This document shows, in pieces, positions 13,972-22,441 of a stretch of DNA of 64,000 bases (positions are counted from its first letter, which is position 1; each line of letters opens with the position of its first letter). A model generated the notes under the pieces. It did not search any database. It was not told the origin of the DNA and saw nothing but the letters and a program-made list of their open reading frames with translations. The stretch is from Chiloscyllium plagiosum (lineage: Eukaryota): NCBI RefSeq assembly GCF_004010195.1, contig NC_057719.1:35836684-35900683 (forward strand), read 5' to 3'. The position numbers and the translations under genes are program-made.

Positions 13972-15041
13972 TGTTATGGACCAGGTCAGACCCCCTCAAA
14001 ATATTTCAAGAAGGTAGGCCAGACCCTAACGTTTCTAGTTGTTTCAAGCAGGTGTAAAGTGGATATTCCAGGAGTGATACAGCTGGTGAAAAATGTGTTG
14101 CTGGAAAAGCGCAGCAGGTCAGGCAGCTTCCAAGGAGCAGGAGAATCGACATTTCAGGCATAAGCCCTTCTTCAGGAATGAGGAAGGTGTGTCAAGCAAG
14201 CTAAGATAAAAGGTAAGGAGGAGCTCTGGTCTGGCAATGGAGGAGGCCAAGGACCTGCATGTCCTTAGCGGAGTGGGAGGGGGAGTTAAAGTGTTCAGCC
14301 ATGGGGTGGTTGGGTTGGTTGGTGAGGGCATCCCAGAGGTGTTCTCTGAAATGTTCCGCAAATAGGGATAGACGATGTATTGCATTAAGAAAAGGGGGAA
14401 TGTGAGGAGGTACCATCACACCGTGATGCTGCTGCTCCTTTAACAAGATTAGGTTGTCCTTGGTTTCTTTTCAGAGGGTTCATAAATGCATAGATTCCGA
14501 GGTGTCTGGTTTGTGTGGGCTTTAGGGCCAATTTGAGTACAGCTGGCTCAACCACTCAATTTTAAACAAAACAGTATTTATTTACACATGAACAAAAGAA
14601 ACCCGACCTTAGAATAACGTAATGATTTAAACACCCAGTTGACTCTATTGCAACTTAATGATGTTGTTCGAAATATTTGCAACATCCCCATAAAGGCCTT
14701 GTTGGCAAAACATGTAAAATCAAACACAGGTTCTTACAGGAGAGATGTCAGAGAGAGAGAGAGAGGATCAGCATGGAGCTGTTTCTTTGACCAGTAGCCT
14801 AAAAAAAACCCAAACCAAACCAGAGAAAAGCTGAGCTGGGAGAACTGGCCACTCCCTTTTCATTGCACAAGTGTTTTTTTTAAACCTTGAAAACCTTTTG
14901 CTTGAGGCAGTATCTGTTAGCTATAATCAAATTGGCCCTAAAACCCACACAAACCAGACACCTCGGAATCTATGCATTTACGAACCCTCTGAAAAGAAAC
15001 CAAGGACAACCTAATCTTGTTAAAGGAGCAGCAGCATCACG
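13972..15041 (-). mobile_element. Probable solo LTR interrupted by an insertion at 14087-14537
   Basis: Termini tgttatg... and ...catcacg (near TG...CA), imperfect 4-bp flanks gtgc/gtgt, minus-strand AATAAA at about 14577-14582. Confidence 0.5.
14088..14363 (-). mobile_element. PLE fragment: GIY-YIG endonuclease C-terminal remnant joined to the family A terminal repeat with hammerhead (14148-14175)
   Basis: Peptide FAEHFREHLWDALTNQPNHPMAEHFNSPSHSAKDMQVLGLLHCQT followed on the same strand by CUGAAGAAGGGCUUAUGCCUGAAAUGUC. Confidence 0.8.
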
Positions 15042-15099
15042 GTGTGATGGTACCTCCTCACATTCTCCCTTTCCTTAATGCAATACATCATCTATCCCT
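14364..15099. repeat. 173-bp inverted repeat (arms 14364-14536 and 14927-15099, 390-bp spacer)
   Basis: Arms are reverse complements with about 5 mismatches counted by eye. Confidence 0.93.
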
Positions 15100-17133
15100 C
15101 AGAATGAGGCACATAGGGCACTGATGGCTTTAGCAATGGGTGAGAAGTGGCAGCAGGTTGAACAAAGTTTCCATTTTCATATCCCCTTTCTACGTATTCC
15201 TTTTATAATCTGACTGTCAACCTTCCTGCTCCACTAAGATAGAAGATCTAAATAAGTCTTGTAACAGTGCATCCTTGATGAGTGTGATCTCTTTTTTCAG
15301 GATCATTTCATGCAGGACACTTATTAGCTTGTACAAAATTAAATACTCTGTTTTATTGCATTATAATTAGCAGTCTCCTCTGTGTGAATAACTGAAAGTA
15401 CTGAAGGTAAAGGTGGAAACTGATTGGTTGCTGCTGATCTTCCTCTGCACCATCAATTTCAACCTTCTAAGCAAACTGCCTCTTCCAAAACCACTAAAAT
15501 GTTCATGGTAAATTTTATCCTGTTGACTCTGTTTTTCTCCTCATAGATCTTTCTAAGCTGCTGAGCATTATTTTAGAATTTCTTGTTTTACTTTAGTAAA
15601 ATCAACAAATAAATAATTCCTTTGAATCCATCCATTAAGAATAATTCTGCCACGAAATGTTAAAAGTGGTCATTCTAGTGCAATAAGGAAGAATGAAGAT
15701 GACAAATGTAAATTTCAGGGCAAGATTTTGATTCATTCATAATCTAACACATCCACTTGCACAGAATTAGTTGGGCCCAAATTGTCAATTATCAATGCAT
15801 TTTGCTCCATTCTCCTTACAATATATTTTCAGGCAGTAATTGAAACAAATTAATATAAATGCCAATGTTGAGGTTCCAGGAATTGTAGTTAATAAATGTT
15901 TGATGAGAGCAAGTAATTGATGAACCCATCCATGTTTCGATATTTGTGCTTTCTGTTTCCCTACCCAAAAACCTGACAATGAAAAATGCATAATTAAGCT
16001 CCAGAAAGTCAGACTCCAGAAATTCCTGCAACAGCAGTAATATACATCGATTCCTATGGTAGGATATTTCTTCTTGGTACATTAGGTATCTGTTACAAGA
16101 AGGAAACAGCAAATGAAAATCGACAAAAACATCAGGATTTTAAAATGGGTTAAAATGTTAATGATAGATCCTTTATTGATTGAAACAATTGCTTTGGACT
16201 GTTTACCTAGATGTAAAGATTACACCCCTCAGAAATCATTATTTCTCCCCGGATTAACATATATACTCGAATACGTTTTTTATATTTGTTTGTGTATATA
16301 TAGATCTATATTTCTGGTCTTTGGTGGATCCCGTTTTGTCCCATTATTCACATATATGCTTTCAGTTCTAGAATTCCTTCTTTCCACGCTGCCTTTCACG
16401 TCACATTCCAACCAGAAAGAACATTTCCAAGGGGAAGACGCAACAAATTAAAGATAGTTTCAAACTTTAGGAATAAAAAATTGCACGAAGGTAGGTGTCA
16501 TGTCAAAAGTTTGGACAGAATATAAAAACAACAAAGGATGACTAGGAACATTCAATACACCGAACACCCATTGAGAAGGTGAGATTTGAGCGCACTACAG
16601 TAAACCTATGCGAATTGTTGGTCTTCCTATGTCGGTACATTAGGACTTCCTTTGTCAACGAAGTGGCAAGACCTTTAAATAACATGAAAAATAAAACAGC
16701 AACCTATATAGACCATCAAGCTATTCGAAAACAGAATCGGAAAGAAACTTGCTAGACCTCCTCGCCTTCACTGAAGTGGCAAATTATGGTTCAACAGCTT
16801 TGGGGAATGTATGGTGAAGAACTTTCCAAAATGCGCTTGTGTAGAACACAATATCAGGGAATTGTGAGGAATTTAGCGTCAACCTTCCTGGGTTTTTGTG
16901 ATACTTGGGTCAGATGTCATCTTGTTCTAAGTATGAAGGCAGCGCGGAGAATCGTAAGCGTGAGTCCATGTCTTAAAATTTGGACAGCGACGTTTTAACA
17001 TTAAACTTATTTATAGTTTATTCATTTCTTTGCACTTATTCCAGGCTGCCATGGTGAACATTGACAGTTTTATATTATTCAACATTATAAGTAAATGCTC
17101 TATAACATTAGAAGACGCGACAAACGTAATTAT

Positions 17134-17260
17134 GAGAAAGTGAGGACTGCAGATGCTGGAGATCAGAGTCGAGAGTGTGGTGCTGGAAAAGCTCAGCAGG
17201 TCAGGCAGCATCCGAGGAGCAGGAGAATCGATGTTTCGGGCAAGGGCCTTCATCAGGAAT
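17134..17260 (-). mobile_element. Family A PLE-derived short repeat
   Basis: Near-identical to 4945-5069. Hammerhead-like 17256-17230 CUGAUGAAGGCCCUUGCCCGAAACAUC, partly decayed. Confidence 0.85.
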
Positions 17261-17544
17261 GAAGCATCTTCTATCTTGTCCTATTCCCTTTGCACTCTCA
17301 CTATGAAACTTTTTGTCATTTAAGCTGTCTGACCATCTACCCATCTCTCGATGGGCCGAATAGCCTGCTTCCGCATTGTGGGGATACTATGATTATCTTC
17401 GAACTTGCTTAAAGGATGACCAGAACTTGACAATAGAGTGCATGGAAAATGTCAATATTAACAGAGGAACAATATCTTTATAGATAACAACTTGGTCCAT
17501 GTGGTCGGCCTGGGTTGTTTTTGACTGCTTAGTGTCCGCGCGGG

Positions 17545-17575
<31 letters not shown>

Positions 17576-17881
17576 GAGGTTAAGAGAGGAATTTTCCACT
17601 TAGTGGACCCCATTGAACCTAGATTGTACTGTCCTTTGTCTCTTTTTGGGGACTACATAGGTAGGAAGAGATGAACAAGATGTGGTGCAGGCTGGTCGGA
17701 CCAGCCGTTTGCTCCGACCGGCCAATTTCGTATGTTCAGAAATGTTAGGTCATGTAAGCTTTTCCAGGTAAGAAGGGATAGTAAAAAGATTCCGTAGGGG
17801 CAGAGGTAGAGCATCCAGAAGACCTGCTCCTGAAATAATGTTGACCCGTGTTAAACTGATCTTGACACTTGGTAGGACCTG

Positions 17882-18020
17882 GAAAAGCACAGCAGGTCAG
17901 GCAGCATCTTGATGAAGGGCTTATGCTCGAAACATCGATTCTCCTGCTCCTCCAATGCTGCCTGACCTTTACCAGTACCACACTCTCGACTCAGCATCTG
18001 CAGTCCTCAGTTTCTCCTAG
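17882..18020 (+). mobile_element. Family A repeat with an inverted 5' segment and 13-bp TSD
   Basis: TSD ttggtaggacctg at 17869-17881 and 18021-18033. The first ~28 nt are in the opposite orientation to the rest. Confidence 0.85.
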
Positions 18021-18124
18021 TTGGTAGGACCTGTTCCTTTCCCGCTTATCCACATCCAAAACCAAATAGAACCAAACCTTAAATTACGGAGTAATGAACC
18101 ACAATCCTCGCTTTTTTTTGAACA

Positions 18125-18130
18125 TTTACT
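18125..18130 (-). terminator. Candidate variant polyadenylation signal (AGTAAA) for DIO3
   Basis: AGTAAA on the minus strand about 135 nt past the SECIS, preceded by U-rich sequence and followed about 50 nt later by a GU-rich tract (ggtttggttctatttggttttgg). I saw no canonical AATAAA nearby. Confidence 0.5.
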
Positions 18131-18264
18131 ATAAAATGTATTAAAAATGGTTGATTTCAAAAGAATGCAGATATGCGATTATATACAAAGCCCGCGATTT
18201 CGAAACACTTGTTTTCATCAAACCCAATACAATACTGATCAGACACAAAATCCACCGTATCCCG

Positions 18265-18335
18265 GACACTTGTCACATCAGGCGCGGTTTCCTGGCAGAA
18301 AGCCATTTCGAAACCGGCTTTCACAAAGAAGTGTC
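18265..18335 (-). promoter_or_regulatory. SECIS element (form 2, GUGA variant) in the DIO3 3'UTR
   Basis: Minus strand reads GACACUU-CUUU-GUGAA-AGCCGGUUUC-G-AAA-UGGC-UUUCU-GCCA-G-GAAACCGCGCC-UGAU-GUGAC-AAGUGUC. Helix I GACACUU/AAGUGUC, GA quartet UGAA/UGAU, helix II of about 10 bp (CGGUUUC/GAAACCG), unpaired AAA at 18308-18306, apical mini-stem UGGC/GCCA. Confidence 0.93.
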
Positions 18336-18401
18336 AAGAACATGTGCGAATTCTCACTATACAGTAAATTCTCTTTTCAAGTCAGGTAAATCGCTTTAGA
18401 A

Positions 18402-18426
18402 ACACACACACACACACACACACACA
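18402..18426. repeat. (CA)n microsatellite in the DIO3 3'UTR
   Basis: About 12 AC units between the stop codon and the SECIS. Confidence 0.95.
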
Positions 18427-18611
18427 AAATACATAGTATTTCACAGAGTATTTACAAATATACATCAAGGTCATATTAACCGTACATTACACGTTAGCAC
18501 TTGTTTCACCAGTTCGTTAACCAGTCATAAACATTGCGGTAAATAGTAGGGAGGAAGAATTGTTTTCAAAATATATTAAACCTTTCTACGAGTTCAGTGC
18601 ATTTAGTTCAT

Positions 18612-19391
18612 TCACACTTCAACCAGGACAGTGCCGGGATTGTGGCTCTGGTTTGTATACTGCTCAAGCCACATTCTGAGTTCGGAGATCTTGTATCCTT
18701 CTGGCCCCCTCCCTCCTTGATACACGACTTTCTGGTTCTGGACGACATACAGCCGTTCAAAGTAAGCGCCGTAGGAAGCGTTGGAAGAGTTGTCCATGGT
18801 GTCGGCCACCACAAGGCAGCCAGGGTTCTCTCTGTCCATCAGACTGGCAGCTTTCAGGCGGTCTTGCAGGGAGCGGTGCTTTGGGATGTCATACGGGGCA
18901 TCGGTGCTGATCCAGCCGTCAGAAGGGTGGGCTTCCTCAATGTAGACCAGGAGGAAGTCTGCAATGTCAGCATACTGGGCGGCGAGCCTCTGGAAGGATT
19001 TAAGACGCGCCATGAAAGGGGGTCAGGTGCAGCTGCCAAAGTTGAGAATGAGTGGTCTGCCGCCGCTGCTATAGTCCAGCAGCCGGACCGTGCTCTCGTC
19101 CCGGAGCTGCACCACCTCAGGGTTGGGAGCCGGTGAGCCCACGTGGGCGGATTTGAAAAAGTCCAGTTTCTGGCCGTACCAGATCGCTCTGAGGGAGTCC
19201 AGCGTAAACATTCGGTTTGTGTCCGAGACACACAGGGGAGGATCATCGACATTTCCTTCGCTCTGTTGCCTACTCTTAGACAACAGCCGCTTTCGGAGGC
19301 ACAGGATATCGAGGAGCCACAGCATGAAGGCGGTGATGAGAAAGCGGGGTAACAGGATGAACACAGCCACCAGCTCCTTCAGGAGCTTCAT
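18612..19391 (-). CDS. DIO3: Type 3 iodothyronine deiodinase, single-exon selenoprotein, 259 aa with Sec at TGA 19025-19023
   Basis: ORFs 19023..19439 and 18612..19013 are in the same frame and join across TGA-CCC-CCT-TTC-ATG to give the active site LNFGSCT(U)PPFMARL. N-terminal membrane segment [19 protein letters not shown]; motifs [40 protein letters not shown] and [10 protein letters not shown]. Intronless structure and the YIEEAH motif fit DIO3. ATG at 19391 is in an ACCATG context; the ORF-track start at 19439 is a TTG. Confidence 0.97.
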
Positions 19392-19454
19392 GGTTGGTTT
19401 GTAATTTCGAGCCTCCGCCCTCCCCTTCCCAGGTAGCAAGTGCCTCCCTGCTGC

Positions 19455-19540
19455 TGTGATCGAACCGCCACGGCTGGTCCCCTTTTAAAACTCCTGTGTT
19501 GAATGAAGACAGGCCACGCCCCCTTGTAGACCCCGCCCCG
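19455..19540 (-). promoter_or_regulatory. DIO3 core promoter: TATA-like TTTTAAAA (19490-19483) and two Sp/KLF GC boxes (19514-19522, 19531-19539)
   Basis: AT-rich box embedded in GC-rich sequence about 30 nt upstream of an Inr-like ATCACAG (~19459-19453). ccacgcccc and ccccgcccc lie immediately upstream. No upstream ATG in the resulting ~65-nt 5'UTR. Confidence 0.6.
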
Positions 19541-19794
19541 GGGATGATCCAGCAACAATGGAATACCTCAGCACTGAGCCAGGCCATATGGGAACAGGGC
19601 AGGACGGACTGGCAGCTTCCAAGATTTTATGTCTCCGAGGAAACAGCCACTGGCCCCGGACCTGCTTTGGGGGCTTCCAGATCATCGAAATCCAGGACTA
19701 TTTCTAAACTGAAAAAGTACGACACGGGGCGAGAACGTGATAGTGCGCCCACGAGAAGGAGTTTAGCGTTGTGCAGGATAACTGCAACAGACCC

Positions 19795-19880
19795 AGTTAA
19801 AAGTCACACAACACCAGGCTCTCGTCCAACAGGCTGCTTTGGAAGTACTAGCTTTCGGAGCGCTGCTCCTTCATCAGGTC
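19795..19880 (-). mobile_element. Isolated PLE terminal repeat (family C) with intact minimal hammerhead at 19877-19849
   Basis: CUGAUGA-A-GGAGC-AGC-GCUCC-GAAA-GC-UA; homologous to the end of the PLE at 46054-46139. Confidence 0.8.
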
Positions 19881-21419
19881 GCTGACCCAGCAGCGGACCA
19901 ATGGCGAAATAAAAAAAATAGACACTGAGGGATACGCAACAAATGCTTGCCTTGCCAGAGACGCTCACATTCACGAAAGAGTTTTTAAAAGAAGGAAGTA
20001 TTAGCTAATAAACTTTGAGAATATTGTTTGGAATGGTCCAACAAAGGGGAATTATTTTCCTTAATTGCATTGCCTCGTTTTCCTTCTTACTGAAACGTTC
20101 AATTTGTATTTCCTGCGACTGAATTAAAAAAAAGCGGATGGGTTTGGTTTGAAACAGAATACTCTAAAACGTCAAAATAATGAGATATATTGCTGTCTAT
20201 GCAACAAGACACGAAGAATTAGTGGCTGACCTTTTAACAGTTAATATTTCAGAGGCGTTAAACACGACAGTTTCGTTGAGTGTTTAACCATTGATTTTTC
20301 ATTCGCTATGTCTTTCGGTTGTTAAGCTGATGGAAGCATTCGCACTGGCAATCAGCTGTAGTTTTTTGGATAGCTGACTCGAAGTGTACGTTAAATGGTT
20401 TATACTCCAGCAAGGAGACAGTTTCCACTATTCCGTTAAGAGTTGCTCATAATTCGAAATAAGAGCACTCTAATGTACAGATAATTTAACTTAATTTTAA
20501 AATTTAGGCAGAAAACTTAAAATTAGCACAATGGATTTAACTTTGGCTTATCTGGATGCAGTGTTGACATGTAAATATTAAATATTGCTACCGAGTTCAG
20601 TCATCATTAGAGGGCGCTGTTGGCTGGTTGGTATTTCACATCCTGCAACAATTTGGACATTTCTTGTTGTTTCATGTAGTGTACTACACGCCGTGAGATT
20701 TTGTTAGCTATAGCAGGAACATATAAATAAACGTCATTCATTTAATTCAAATCAGATCGACCCCAAAATGGACGTTTCCTAATTTAAACTGTATCTTCTA
20801 CTGAAGAGTTTCCAAACGAGAATAAATATCCTGTTAGGAGCACACATGCGACAACAAATAGTTTATTGTAGAAGAAATAAGATACTTTTTGTAAAACACT
20901 ACTGGTGATGTAGTGAGATCTGCTAAACATGTCTACAATCAGCTGGGCGAATTCGGAGGCGGATACCCACCAATGAGATTCTAGTTGACATGCCTTCAGA
21001 TGACAAAAAACAGAAATTGCTACAAAAGCTCAGCAGGTCTGGCAGCGTCTGTGGAGACAAATCAGGGTTAACGGTTTGGGTCCAGTGACCCTTTCTCAGA
21101 ACATTTCAACTAATTCCTTGAGTTGTTTCCTAATACGTCAGGGTAGCATGAAAAAACAAGGGGATATTATGCTGGATTTCTGTTTAATCTTTTTGTTGTG
21201 TGTTACGAAGCAGTTAGTAAAACCTTACTGAGTATTTTGATATTGATTATCCTCTTGGTTTCTCTGCTCAAAGGTGGAGTTGACCCACCATAGGTAGGAC
21301 GGAATCCAGCCCAGCCCAAAGGGGGCTCCAACTCCGTGCTGTTTGTATCGACCATTTTGAGCTGTTTCATTCGTGACCTTCCTTTCAACATCAGGTCAGA
21401 AGTGGGAATGCTTTCATAG

Positions 21420-22441
21420 CAGACCCAAAGATGACACCTATGTGGATGACAACGTTGTCATCACGAAACGTGACAATCTAGAAGAAACCCACAAACACAT
21501 AAACAACGTCCTCATTGGTATAAAGTTCACCAAAGAGGAAGAGAACAACAACTGACTCCCCTTCTTGGATGTCAAAGTAGAACGAAAAGCCAATGCAGAG
21601 CCACAGACCAGCGTTTATAGGAAAGCCACACACACACTGACCAGGAGCAACCATCTGAACACCCAGAAACGGAGCTGCATCAGGACATTATTTCAATGAG
21701 CCACAACACACTGCAGCACCCAGGAACTACACAAAGACAAGGAGAAACACCTATGCAACACATTCAGGAAGAATGGGTACCCAATAAGCGCAGTCCACCG
21801 ATACCCGCGCAACAGACCTAAACAGGAAGTCACAACACGCCCACAGACTCCAGCCACCCTAATATACATCAAAAACATTTCAGAGATGATGACCAGACTA
21901 CTCTGACCCCCAGGCATAATTGTAGCCCACAAATCTACCACCATACTGAAACAGCTCCTGATGAATTTAAAGGAACCTTACCTACAGCCAGCTGAATGAA
22001 TTTTATATACAGAATACCCTGCAAGGATTGCAACAAACAGGCAGGCAGGTAGCCACCAGGACACATGAGTGCCAACTAGCCACCAAAAGACATGACCAAC
22101 TGTCACTGGTATCCACACACACAGACAAAGAGGGACACAAGTTCAACTGGGACAGTATATCCATCCTAGGACAGGCTAAACAATGACATGCACAGGAATT
22201 CCTAGAGGCCTGGCATTCAAACCAGACCTGCATTAACCAACATTTAGATTTGGACTCCATTTACCAACCTCTCAGAAACAGAACTGGAAATGATATCACC
22301 TACCACAACAAACCAAGACACATAAATAGCAAGTGGGACAGAACACCAAAGCTTCACCGGAGGTTCATTGATGATGTTACCTAGCATGGTGATAAAATGT
22401 CTGAGAACAAACCCACCAGTTCAGCGAGCAAACCTACAACC
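21420..22441 (+). mobile_element. Penelope/Poseidon-type retroelement, 5'-truncated: RT C-terminal half, GIY-YIG endonuclease and terminal repeat
   Basis: YVDDNVVI...IKFTKEEENNN*LPFLDVKVERK...VYRKATHT; YRIPCKDCNK; HTDKEGHKFNWDSISILGQAK..EFLEAWHS; decayed hammerhead at 22368-22401. Confidence 0.88.

Larger units (their letters stand above)
18600..19910. promoter_or_regulatory. CpG island over the DIO3 CDS and promoter
   Basis: Visibly high GC and CpG density compared with the CpG-depleted, AT-rich remainder of the window (judged by eye, not computed). Confidence 0.75.

Noticed and set aside
17690..17740. Alternative hairpins ggctggtc-g-gaccagcc / tccgaccggcc
   Set aside because: Followed by a ttcgtatgttc tail; most simply a diverged CR1-type 3' stem-loop.
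19023..19025. In-frame stop suggesting a DIO3 pseudogene
   Set aside because: It sits exactly at the catalytic Sec position, the flanking frame is intact and a SECIS is present.
18597..19404. Plus-strand ORFs (18597..19136, 19090..19404, 19143..19352) and alternative-frame minus ORFs overlapping DIO3
   Set aside because: Shadow ORFs of a GC-rich coding exon with no recognisable protein. A DIO3OS-like antisense RNA cannot be shown from sequence alone.
19392..19439. N-terminal extension MLPGKGRAEARNYKPT of DIO3 in the ORF track
   Set aside because: It starts at TTG, not ATG; the first ATG (19391) has a good Kozak context and the frame is closed upstream by TAA at 19487-19485.
19875..19888. 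aggtcgctgaccc as a nuclear-receptor (thyroid or oestrogen) response element
   Set aside because: Spacing fits neither DR4 nor the ERE, and it overlaps the edge of a repeat; likely a chance match.
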